DNA of 64,000 nucleotides. It comes from Marine Group II euryarchaeote MED-G35. GTDB taxonomy: Archaea > Thermoplasmatota > Poseidoniia > Poseidoniales > Thalassarchaeaceae. The stretch covers positions 2,534-66,533 of the forward strand of contig NTJS01000001.1 of assembly GCA_002457155.1 (NCBI GenBank), written 5' to 3'. A program made the translations under genes and the position numbers. Every line of letters begins with the position of its first letter. Position 1 is the first letter of the stretch. The notes under the pieces are model-generated. The model worked only from the letters and a program-made list of their open reading frames with translations. It was not told where the DNA came from and searched no databases. This document shows positions 41,432 to 50,131 of the stretch, piece by piece.

Positions 41432-41530
41432 GACTACTCCCTCTCGCCATCGTGCATGAACCCTACCAAACGACCACTCTCGTCAACAAAGCCCAACACC
41501 CATATGAGGGGGGCTCACCTTTCTCGTTCC

Positions 41531-42700
41531 ATGGAAGAGGGCGGGCGAAGGGCCTCAGCACTTCTGATTCTACTAATGCTGACCCAATCCCTTGCCGGCT
41601 GCGGGGGGATTGGTCCCGGTAGCCCGAATGCGAGCCTCACCTCGGATAGAGACATGGTTAACTCCGGAGAGTCGGTAAACTTCGATGCGCGCTCTTCCAC
41701 TACCCCCGAGCCGACAATTATTGACGAATACAGGTGGAACTTCGGGGACGGTGAGACGAAGACGACAAAGCAGGGGGTAATCAGCCATCTTTTCGAAAAG
41801 GCAGGGGTCTTCGAGGTAAGAGTGGAGGTCTTCAACGATAACGGCGACTCCGATTCGGCCACCATCACAATCTTCGTCAACGCAATTCCTGAGATCATCC
41901 TAGATCTCCCCGACTTCGTGAAAACCGGTCAGGAGGCCAGGCTAGATGCTAGCTCTTCTTTCGATCCAGAGGGAGGGGGAGTCGACGTCGTCTGGGATTT
42001 CGATGCGAGCACAGACTCAGATGGAGACAGCGACCCCCTAAATGACGAAGACGGTAGCGGGGCGGTGACGCTCCTCACTGTCGCCTCGGCAGGGAACATC
42101 ACTGGTTCTGTTACGGTTATCGATGACAGTGGTGGGACAAACACCACCCTCTGGTCACTGCGCGTAATCTCCCGCTCCTTCCGAATCGTTTGGGAGGAGG
42201 TTCATGTCGACTACGACTGGTCAGGGTACCTCGAGCAAGGGGATTCCCATGAGATCCAGTTCCAGCCGGGCGACGGAGCTAGGCTGATTGACTTCACAGC
42301 GACCTTGTCACTAGCTCGTGACATCCTGCCGATAATGTGGCCCGAGGACAACTTCACCCTCGAGGTCGACAACCCCTCGTCAGGATGGTCATATAGCGTC
42401 GCTACCGCTCAAGAAAACATCACCCAGAACTCCTCAGCGACGATCGAGAGGAGCGAGATGAACCCCCTGCCACAATCAGATTACACAGTGTATGCCGACT
42501 CGAAGGAAGCGCTGGAGGAATCACTACTCAGTGACCCCGATGGACGATTCGGACAGGGTGACTGGTTCTGGATAATCACGGCTTTGGAATGCGATCCCGA
42601 CACACCAGTGGACGGGGTGGATCCCGATCAGGGCAATGACTGGACATTGGAAGCGCAATTCGTGGTTCTAGTGCTGAGGGTCAGCGAAGTGAGCGTCTGA
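41531..42700 (+). CDS. PKD-domain lipoprotein
   Basis: Lipobox SLAGC; FDARSS..YRWNFGDG PKD motif and a second PKD-like domain. Confidence 0.82.
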   Translation: MEEGGRRASALLILLMLTQSLAGCGGIGPGSPNASLTSDRDMVNSGESVNFDARSSTTPEPTIIDEYRWNFGDGETKTTKQGVISHLFEKAGVFEVRVEVFNDNGDSDSATITIFVNAIPEIILDLPDFVKTGQEARLDASSSFDPEGGGVDVVWDFDASTDSDGDSDPLNDEDGSGAVTLLTVASAGNITGSVTVIDDSGGTNTTLWSLRVISRSFRIVWEEVHVDYDWSGYLEQGDSHEIQFQPGDGARLIDFTATLSLARDILPIMWPEDNFTLEVDNPSSGWSYSVATAQENITQNSSATIERSEMNPLPQSDYTVYADSKEALEESLLSDPDGRFGQGDWFWIITALECDPDTPVDGVDPDQGNDWTLEAQFVVLVLRVSEVSV

Positions 42701-42746
42701 AACCCTTTGAGCGAAGACCTTTCAACCATCACTCTCTGGCCGTGAC

Positions 42747-43097
42747 GTGGCAAAGTCGTTCGAGATAACCAAGGTGTCCATCCGCGACCGACTGGTCGTA
42801 GACGCAAAGGTGAGCATGAACGACCCACAAGACTTCGACTTCACTCCTAGGGTCAGTCTGTCGGGCACAACTCTCAGCCTGGTAAACGATTCGGGAGACC
42901 CATCCTCCACCTTCGAGCTTGACTCCGAGCAGGCCACTACCGCGGAGAGGGACAGGATGGTGGAACTAAGGGTCAAGTTCAGCGTCGAGGGGATGCATGG
43001 GGTCCTCACGCACAAGACCCCCCAGCCGATGACGGGGCCAAAGTCGAAGAAACTCGCACAACCTAGTTGGAAGACGCTCCTACCCCTATCGATGTGA
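42747..43097 (+). CDS. Hypothetical protein
   Basis: 116-aa GTG-start ORF filling the gap, co-oriented with its neighbours. Confidence 0.6.
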   Translation: MAKSFEITKVSIRDRLVVDAKVSMNDPQDFDFTPRVSLSGTTLSLVNDSGDPSSTFELDSEQATTAERDRMVELRVKFSVEGMHGVLTHKTPQPMTGPKSKKLAQPSWKTLLPLSM

Positions 43098-43143
43098 TTC
43101 CAACCGTCGGGATTAAGCCGGACCCTACCGTCCAAAAGTCGCT

Positions 43144-43220
43144 GGACCCATAGTGTAGCCTGGATATCACATGAGCTTGCGGAGCTTGTAACCCGTGTTC
43201 GAATCGCGGTGGGTCCGCCA
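43144..43220 (+). tRNA. tRNA-Arg(GCG)
   Basis: Acceptor GGACCCA/TGGGTCC, anticodon loop TT-GCG-GA, GTTCGAATC, CCA. Confidence 0.93.
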
Positions 43221-43277
43221 AATAGCATCAGTGGAATCCGGGAATAAGTCAATTAGATTCCTCCTATCTCGAAGCAC

Positions 43278-44720
43278 ATGAATAGAGGAACGACAGTTCT
43301 GATAGTACTAATGATGATTGCAGTGTCCCTTGCAGGATGTACCGGAACCGCTGACCTGGAGGAGAAGGTATCCGATCTGGAGGCAGCATCCGAGGTCGAC
43401 CAGGCCACGATATTAGGGCTCGAGGCAGCGTCAACAGCCGACGCATCCACGATTTCGGCCTTGCAGGGGCAAGTCTCATCTCTCGAGGACCAGATAGCCG
43501 CTAATGGCAACGTGACCCAGCTCGAGGAATACAATTCCCAGTTGATATCGAACAACGCGCAACTGGTCATACAGGTGGACGGACTCAAGGCCGAACTCGA
43601 CAACAGCCCAACATGGGAAGACGTCGATGATGCATACCAGCAGGGCCTACTGGCCAGCGGTGATACCAGCACTCTTGATGTAATACTCGACAGGGGATCC
43701 ATGAAGTGCGGGGTGAAGGAGTCCCAGTACGGAATGGGATACCTGGACTCGGCCACGGGCGTGCGCTCGGGACTGGACATCTCGTACTGCCGTGCCCTGG
43801 CCGCGGCCATCGGACTCGACCCCAACACGGACGTGGAGTACATACCCGCATCCGGATCGGACAGGTTCGAGAAGTTGGCATCGGGAGTCATAGACGTTCT
43901 GATCCGCACCACGACCTGGACCACCAGCCGTGACGCGGACCTGAACGCCGACTTCGCTGGAATGAACTTCTTCGACGGGCAGGGCATCCTGGTCCGCGAG
44001 GACAGGTTCGCTGCAGCTGCTGCAGGAAACTCGGCTACTGCACTGGACAACGCGAACATCTGCGTCGGGATTGGTACCACTACCGAGGGCAACATGCAGG
44101 ACTGGTTCTCCTCCAGGGAGATCGACTTCACGTCCGTGCCCGTAGGCGACGCCGCTGAGGCGACTGCCAAGTTCATCGACGGATCATGCGACGCCTTCAC
44201 CGGAGACATGTCGGCCATGGTTGCCAAGAAGTGGCAGCTTGACACCGACGGCTCGATGGGCGGAGTGGACATCTGGATCGCCTCCGAGCTGATGTCCAAG
44301 GAGCCCCTAGGCGCGGCAACCCGCGACCACGACTCAGAGTGGAACGAGGTCGTGGCATGGGTCTGGTACGGGATGGTAACCGCGGAGGAGATGGGCGTGA
44401 CGTCAGGTAACTACGCGGCAAAGGCAACAGAGGCCTGTGCCTCCAACGGCGGAGGACAAAACGACCCAGGGATGTGCCGCCTTCTGACCGAGAACCTCGG
44501 TCTTGGAACCACCACCAACCCGCTTGCTGGAACTTGGATGCAGGCAGTCTTAGGCGCTGCCGGCAATTACGGCGAGGCGTACGATGACGCCTTCTGCGCT
44601 GGAGACTACGACGGAACCAGCGGATCGGCAGCCATGAACGACTGCCTGATCTCGCGCGCTGGTACGCTGAACGCCCTCGTCTCAGAGGGTGGCATCCAGT
44701 ACGCACCCCCGATGCGCTGA
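43278..44720 (+). CDS. AapJ/BztA-like amino-acid ABC substrate-binding lipoprotein with N-terminal coiled-coil
   Basis: SLAGC lipobox; TLDVILDRGSMKCGV, GLDISYCRALAAA, RTTTWTTSRD, FFDGQG, SKEPLG, GNYGE, YAPPMR. Confidence 0.9.
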   Translation: MNRGTTVLIVLMMIAVSLAGCTGTADLEEKVSDLEAASEVDQATILGLEAASTADASTISALQGQVSSLEDQIAANGNVTQLEEYNSQLISNNAQLVIQVDGLKAELDNSPTWEDVDDAYQQGLLASGDTSTLDVILDRGSMKCGVKESQYGMGYLDSATGVRSGLDISYCRALAAAIGLDPNTDVEYIPASGSDRFEKLASGVIDVLIRTTTWTTSRDADLNADFAGMNFFDGQGILVREDRFAAAAAGNSATALDNANICVGIGTTTEGNMQDWFSSREIDFTSVPVGDAAEATAKFIDGSCDAFTGDMSAMVAKKWQLDTDGSMGGVDIWIASELMSKEPLGAATRDHDSEWNEVVAWVWYGMVTAEEMGVTSGNYAAKATEACASNGGGQNDPGMCRLLTENLGLGTTTNPLAGTWMQAVLGAAGNYGEAYDDAFCAGDYDGTSGSAAMNDCLISRAGTLNALVSEGGIQYAPPMR

Positions 44721-44784
44721 TTGCCAGAGCCACACCGTTCCACCGGTCGACCGGTTCAATAGTGGGCGTACCCGGGCGGATGCA

Positions 44785-44861
44785 GGACCCATAGTGTAGC
44801 CTGGATATCACTCTAGCCTCCGGAGCTGGAAACCCGTGTTCGAATCGCGGTGGGTCCGCCA
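44785..44861 (+). tRNA. tRNA-Arg(CCG)
   Basis: Same body as 43144-43220; anticodon loop CT-CCG-GA; CCA. Confidence 0.93.
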
Positions 44862-44909
44862 CAATACCTCACAGGTTAGGTTCAAGCCAAATTCCACTCA
44901 CGGGAGAGC

Positions 44910-45329
44910 ATGGCATTCGTCTCGCAGAGGAGAGTCGACTTTCCAATGGTAGACTTGGCCAGAATTGTCTACTATCCAAGATTCTGGGACATGGCCCACC
45001 GATTCTACGAGGAGTCCTGGGAGTTCTCGTGCGGGATGCACTACAACGAGATATTGTCTTCCCACAATATCGCGTTCCCCCTGGTGCATAGCGAGGCTCA
45101 GTTTGCCCATCCCATTTCTTATGGTGACACGGTGCATTGCACGATCACCGTTCCCAGAATCGGAAAGACATCCATTCATTGGCACTACGAGTTCCGAAAC
45201 CAGGGGGGGACTCTCTGCTGGACGGCAGACCAGGTTACCGTGTGCACTGACATGCGAGAGGTCAAGTCAAAGTTGGAGGTCCCAGATTGGATGAGGGAAG
45301 GGCTAGCTAAGATGAGCCCAGAGCCCTAA
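44910..45329 (+). CDS. Acyl-CoA thioesterase (4HBT/YbgC hotdog family)
   Basis: VDLARIVYYPRF, FPLVH, PISYGD, IGKTSI. Confidence 0.87.
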   Translation: MAFVSQRRVDFPMVDLARIVYYPRFWDMAHRFYEESWEFSCGMHYNEILSSHNIAFPLVHSEAQFAHPISYGDTVHCTITVPRIGKTSIHWHYEFRNQGGTLCWTADQVTVCTDMREVKSKLEVPDWMREGLAKMSPEP

Positions 45330-45712
45330 TCCTTGGGCCATTTCTTCGATAGCGCCTTCGTTAGGGACTCATCCATGATAGCGTCCCACCAGTTGGCCTC
45401 TCTCCAAACCGCATACTTGCCACGAATCCCTCGCATATCCGCACCATCCAGTTTAGCCCCCTGGAGGTTGGATAATCCCAGACGGGCCTTCACTAGCCTT
45501 GCCCCTCTCAAATCGGCTCCATCAAGTGCAGCCTTCATCAGATTGGCATCACGCAGGGAAGCTTTTCGCAAATCAGCCCCGGATAGATCCGCCCCCTCCA
45601 AATCGGCCCTGTCCAGCCTTGCTCTGCGCAAGTCTGCCCCTGACAGATCCACACCGCGAAGGTCCTCGCCCACATGGGATGTGAAAGACCAGTCCTTGCC
45701 ACCCTCTGCCAT
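45326..45712 (-). CDS. Pentapeptide-repeat protein
   Basis: Tandem A(D/N)LxX repeats. Confidence 0.9.
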   Translation of the reverse strand: MAEGGKDWSFTSHVGEDLRGVDLSGADLRRARLDRADLEGADLSGADLRKASLRDANLMKAALDGADLRGARLVKARLGLSNLQGAKLDGADMRGIRGKYAVWREANWWDAIMDESLTKALSKKWPKD

Positions 45713-45716
45713 CCAC

Positions 45717-46268
45717 TCACCTCTTCAATGATAGCTTGTCAAGGTGGTCTCTGCCTGCCTCTGTCAACACAACGTAGGAGTTCTTCCGGGGCCTTCTTCG
45801 GGGGTACTCGAGGAACGCCCCAACTCCTCCCGGGCCCCCTTCCAGCATCCTACCAACGTACAAGGAAACATTCCACTTCTTTACGGATCTTTTCGTCCAA
45901 ATCCCAGTCTCTTCAATCAGCCTCCTGAGCTCCCTGGGGGGAGTCATCCCCTCCCTTTCCACCGATCTCATGTATTGTATCGCGGCCAGAACCACATCTG
46001 ATTTGTTTTCGATACTGCATGAGTTCAGGAGCCTCGCGAATGACGACCCCCTATCGGGGAATCCACTGGCACGAATGGACTCCAGGGTGTTCTCCAAAGC
46101 CTCCTGCCTGGCAATCCTAACTCTAGAAAGAGTGGATGACCAAGTGTCCTGGTTCGTTACCTTCAGCCATCGATCGCTGGCCTCTCTGGTATAGTCTGCC
46201 AGATTGATGTCCTGAGAGCCGAGCTTGAGGAAAAGGCCACCCAATTCATCAGACTTCTTAGCAGGCAC
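45717..46268 (-). CDS. Hypothetical protein, possible C-terminal winged helix
   Basis: GTG start; ends YVVLTEAGRDHL; 4 bp from the pentapeptide gene. Confidence 0.55.
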   Translation of the reverse strand: MPAKKSDELGGLFLKLGSQDINLADYTREASDRWLKVTNQDTWSSTLSRVRIARQEALENTLESIRASGFPDRGSSFARLLNSCSIENKSDVVLAAIQYMRSVEREGMTPPRELRRLIEETGIWTKRSVKKWNVSLYVGRMLEGGPGGVGAFLEYPRRRPRKNSYVVLTEAGRDHLDKLSLKR

Positions 46269-46380
46269 GAAGCCCCCTGCAAGGGGGTGCTTATCAGGTT
46301 ATTTTTTCACCTCTTTCCTTTACATTTCACTCAATAGCCACATCCGTGAGATTCAAAGAGCATCCACCCAACGCTGCGTC

Positions 46381-47151
46381 GTGAGCGACGAAACCGACGG
46401 AGGTTACCCACTGGTATTGCACTCGGAGGCAGACCCCTCGCGATTGGGCGGAACAGCAGTTTGCGGCTTCTCCACGGTAGGTTCTGTAGGCGTAATAGCT
46501 ACGTCCCATCTGATCGGCTCCCTGAAATTAAGCCCCATGGGGACAGTGCTGCATCCAAAGTTCCCTGCAGTGGCGCTGATCCACGATTCGGTCCCAAAGC
46601 ACCCGGTCAGAGTATACCAAGGCGATGGGATCGGGGTATTCACCTCCGAGATCCAGTTCACAAGCGAGCACGACATCTACTTCGCCAATACCGTACTGGA
46701 GTGGTTCACAAAGGGAGGATTTGACAGACTAGTCGTGATCGACGGGGTGGTTAGCAATGATTTGGGCATCAAGGAGGATAGCGAGCTCTGGGGGGTCTCC
46801 TCCTCATCGACAGGGCGAGACCAACTAGACAGTTCAAGCATCCAGAGGATCCAGCAGGGAGTGGTGACTGGCATAGCGGGATACCTGATTGCAGAGGGAG
46901 AGAGGAGGGGGTTGGACGTCACGGCCCTTTTGGCAGAGTGCAACCCGATTTACCCCGATGCGAGAGCCGCTCTGATTGCCGTGGAAGGGTTGAGCGAGCT
47001 AGTCGGCATCGAGGTACCGGTCGACGGCCTTCTGGAGGATGCCAGGAACATCGAAGAAAGAGTCCGAGAGGCCTTCGAGAGAGCCCAGTCAACTGCACTC
47101 CCAGCACCAGATTCAGGAGACGACGAAGACGACGTCCCGATGATCTACTGA
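46381..47151 (+). CDS. Second PAC2-family proteasome assembly chaperone
   Basis: GFSTVGSVGVIA, HPVRVY, YPDARAA; GTG start at 46381. Confidence 0.88.
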   Translation: MSDETDGGYPLVLHSEADPSRLGGTAVCGFSTVGSVGVIATSHLIGSLKLSPMGTVLHPKFPAVALIHDSVPKHPVRVYQGDGIGVFTSEIQFTSEHDIYFANTVLEWFTKGGFDRLVVIDGVVSNDLGIKEDSELWGVSSSSTGRDQLDSSSIQRIQQGVVTGIAGYLIAEGERRGLDVTALLAECNPIYPDARAALIAVEGLSELVGIEVPVDGLLEDARNIEERVREAFERAQSTALPAPDSGDDEDDVPMIY

Positions 47152-47763
47152 TTAGTAGAATGGGTTGGTGCCAGCATCGTGGTCAGTCATATCGACTACC
47201 GCAGTAATTCCAGGGACCCCCTCGGTGATCATCACCTCGATCCCCTCCTTCAGAGTGACGTCGACCATCCCACATCCTTGGCATCCCCCGCCGAACGCGA
47301 TCATCGCCTTGCCATCATCTACGCCGACAAGATCGACATGCCCACCATGTGATGCTACAAGCGGGTTCACCTGGCTCTCTATGACTTCCGCAACCGACTT
47401 GGACACGTCATCGATCCAGAGCGGATTCGGGTTCTCGAAACTAAACCCACCCCCCATCAGAGTCTCCTTGTAATCTAGAACCGTTCCATCCAGGTAGGGG
47501 GCACTTCTTGCTCCAACGAAAACCGTCAACCCATCTGTCTCGGTCTTGATATCATCCTCTTGCGCATCGTCGAATCCAATCAACTGCAAGTCATACTGGA
47601 AGCCCTTGGGGCCCCTTCCTAGAATCACTATCTTCAGAGCTACCTCATCATCATCGGCCTGCTCGGCGAACTTATCCAGCATCTCCCTCGCCTTGTCAGT
47701 AATCTCCAGCATGCTGTAGGTGGCAGCGAACCCTCGTTCTTCAACCTGTTCTCTTTCAGACAA
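47152..47763 (-). CDS. nfuA: Fe-S biogenesis protein NfuA
   Basis: Degenerate A-type carrier domain (LDGTVLDY..GGGFSFENPN) plus NifU-C domain (HGGHV..GGCQGC..TDH..GTNPFY). Confidence 0.88.
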   Translation of the reverse strand: MSEREQVEERGFAATYSMLEITDKAREMLDKFAEQADDDEVALKIVILGRGPKGFQYDLQLIGFDDAQEDDIKTETDGLTVFVGARSAPYLDGTVLDYKETLMGGGFSFENPNPLWIDDVSKSVAEVIESQVNPLVASHGGHVDLVGVDDGKAMIAFGGGCQGCGMVDVTLKEGIEVMITEGVPGITAVVDMTDHDAGTNPFY

Positions 47764-47794
47764 ACTAATTCACCTGAGGCCGAACCGAACACAC

Positions 47795-48793
47795 GTGGCA
47801 CTGGACACCATGGGCAGGCCCCTGAGGGATCTCAGGGTCTCAGTCACTGACCGATGCAACTTCAGATGCAGGTACTGCATGCCCAGAGAGAGGTTCGGAA
47901 AGGAGCACAAATTCCTGCCCAAGAGAAATATCCTGTCCTACGAGCAAATTCAGAAGTTCGTCCTTGCATGCAAGCCATTGGGACTGGGCAAGGTGAGGAT
48001 TACGGGGGGCGAACCCCTCCTCAGGAGGGACCTCCCCAAGCTGGTGAGGCAGCTCTCCGACTTGGGATTGGAGATAGCCCTCACCACGAACGGGTCATTC
48101 CTGAAGAGGGAGGCAGAGAGCCTTGCCGAGGCGGGACTGGACAGGGTCACAATCAGCCTCGATGCAATAGACCAGGACATGCACTCCAGGATGACAGACT
48201 CCAATGTGACGGTCAGCGATATCCTAGAGGGAATCGAGGAGGCGACCAGCCGTGGGCTGGGGCCAGTCAAGGTCAATTGCGTGGTTCAGCGAGGGGTGAA
48301 CGAGTCACAGATTCCAAAGCTCGTCAGGCAATTCAGGGGGACAGGGGTGATCGTTCGTTTCATCGAGTTCATGGACGTGGGGGGTACCAACGGATGGACT
48401 CCCGGCCAGGTCGTGCCAACCTCTGAGATCCTGGATTTCCTCTCAAAGGAGTTCGACCTTGTCCCGATGATGCGCGACACCCCCAGCGACGTCGCTTCTA
48501 GATGGGTCCATTCCGATGGCTCCGGGGAGGTCGGATTCATCTCATCGGTCTCACAGCCGTTCTGCGGCGATTGCGTGAGGGCCCGTCTATCATCCGACGG
48601 GAAGCTGTTCACCTGCCTTTTCACCACCCTTGGTCATGACATGTCCGAACTCATCAGGGACGGGGACGATCCCTCCAAACTGACCGAGGCAATCAGGGAA
48701 GTATGGACGAGAAGGTCAGATAGGTACAGTGAGGACAGGTCATCCGATGCAGTTTCGCTGCCAAGAGTTGAGATGTCCTACATCGGCGGCTGA
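47795..48793 (+). CDS. moaA: GTP 3',8-cyclase (molybdenum cofactor biosynthesis)
   Basis: DLRVSVTDRCNFRCRYC, TGGEP, FCGDC.R.R....GKL..CL, C-terminal MSYIGG. Confidence 0.96.
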   Translation: MALDTMGRPLRDLRVSVTDRCNFRCRYCMPRERFGKEHKFLPKRNILSYEQIQKFVLACKPLGLGKVRITGGEPLLRRDLPKLVRQLSDLGLEIALTTNGSFLKREAESLAEAGLDRVTISLDAIDQDMHSRMTDSNVTVSDILEGIEEATSRGLGPVKVNCVVQRGVNESQIPKLVRQFRGTGVIVRFIEFMDVGGTNGWTPGQVVPTSEILDFLSKEFDLVPMMRDTPSDVASRWVHSDGSGEVGFISSVSQPFCGDCVRARLSSDGKLFTCLFTTLGHDMSELIRDGDDPSKLTEAIREVWTRRSDRYSEDRSSDAVSLPRVEMSYIGG

Positions 48794-50094
48794 ATAGACA
48801 TCGCCGCCTCCACTATGGCCTCCCAGGGCGCATTGGCCCTGAAAGAGGGCCTCCCATAGCTCGACACTCCGGCCGAATGACCCGCTTCATTGAGCATGTC
48901 GACAATTCTCCTAGGGCTCGGAGGTGCACCCGAACCCAACCATGCAGCAAGATCGTCGACCACAACCAGATGGCTGGACGAAATCACATCGGACTCTTCC
49001 GAAATGTGCCTCACGCTCCTTGCTACCCCCCTCCTCTCGGCTTCGACCCTGCGTTCGTCCCAGCCAATCGGGTCATCTACGGAGAATTCCGGTCCACTGG
49101 ACTCCAGTGCATTCTCCTCTGTCATCGAGGACATTGCGTCTCTATCCCCCATCGGACCCACCCACAGGGGCCCGGAGACTCGGGGGTCGCTCCTATCAAT
49201 GGGGAATTTTAGAGGAAGCATGCAGTGCATAGGGAGGTGAACGACCGAACTGTTGTGGTGCAAACCAGCGTCGATTGAGGCACTTACCTCCTCCTTAGTC
49301 GGGGAATGCACCCTCCATCCGATGCTGTCTTCCAATTCGTTTGCCGTAGAAACGCTCTTCAGAACTCTGAAAGAAACCCTGAGGTGGTGCGAATCCCAAA
49401 CCGAGAGAAGGGGCACAATCGCCCTATCGTGCCTTGCGGCTACTCTGGAGAAAGTAGCCAGCATCACCCTCATCCCAGAGTCGTGAGCAAGGCTATCGGT
49501 CCTGACTCTCGCACCATAACGCCTCATCAGGGCAGTCCTCGATGAGCCAGTCAGGGCTGCAGTGTCAGTCGCACTAACTTCCATCACGCCGCTCCTGGCC
49601 ATGGATTGCATGGCGGAGTCAATGAACGGCATCGGGGAACCGTAGGGATCGATGTCCACCCAGTGCCTGCCGCTTCTGAGGACAACGGACCTGAGGTCAC
49701 CCTTCGAAGGCTCCAGTATCCCCCCTCCGTGAGAGGGGGGGAACTCATCGTGAGATGCCTCGGCCCACCTCAAAGCCTCTTCCTCTAGATCAACAATCGT
49801 GGCAGAGACCCTCTCGGACATCTCTGCAGGTAGCTCGTTCAACCATCTCCTAGCCCTAAGCCCAGATGCTGTAAGGCCATCGAGTGCATACACTGTCCCC
49901 TCGCCTAGGAAACCCTCATCCAAAGCATGCCTGAGCAGCAGGACGCTCCTCGTTCTGCTACCAGCCATCGCCGGATTGTAGAACACCTTGCCCGAGGCCT
50001 TGGTCCCCGGGCCCTGGCCATCTTCAGGCGGGTTTGGGAGGAGCATCAGGGTTCTGCCCTCCCTATGAGGCACTCCCCCATCGGCAATCGACAT
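48778..50094 (-). CDS. trm1: tRNA (guanine-N2)-dimethyltransferase
   Basis: VFYNPAM, DGLTASGLRARR, DIDPYGSP, SATDTAALTG, GPLW. Confidence 0.88.
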   Translation of the reverse strand: MSIADGGVPHREGRTLMLLPNPPEDGQGPGTKASGKVFYNPAMAGSRTRSVLLLRHALDEGFLGEGTVYALDGLTASGLRARRWLNELPAEMSERVSATIVDLEEEALRWAEASHDEFPPSHGGGILEPSKGDLRSVVLRSGRHWVDIDPYGSPMPFIDSAMQSMARSGVMEVSATDTAALTGSSRTALMRRYGARVRTDSLAHDSGMRVMLATFSRVAARHDRAIVPLLSVWDSHHLRVSFRVLKSVSTANELEDSIGWRVHSPTKEEVSASIDAGLHHNSSVVHLPMHCMLPLKFPIDRSDPRVSGPLWVGPMGDRDAMSSMTEENALESSGPEFSVDDPIGWDERRVEAERRGVARSVRHISEESDVISSSHLVVVDDLAAWLGSGAPPSPRRIVDMLNEAGHSAGVSSYGRPSFRANAPWEAIVEAAMSIQPPM

Positions 50095-50131
50095 GGTTCC
50101 CGGAGGAGGACCTAACAAAAGGAATTGGCCA

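Noticed and set aside
44742-44755. Perfect 14-bp palindrome ACCGGTCGACCGGT between the SBP gene and tRNA-Arg(CCG)
   Set aside because: Single occurrence; it may be a terminator or operator but nothing else supports that.
43144-44861. Integrated mobile element with attL/attR at tRNA-Arg
   Set aside because: Both copies are complete tRNAs with different anticodons, and no integrase is present.
43253-44862. Long antisense ORFs (348 aa and 221 aa) and similar shadow ORFs across the window
   Set aside because: They lie opposite well-supported genes, have no motifs, and are expected from codon bias.
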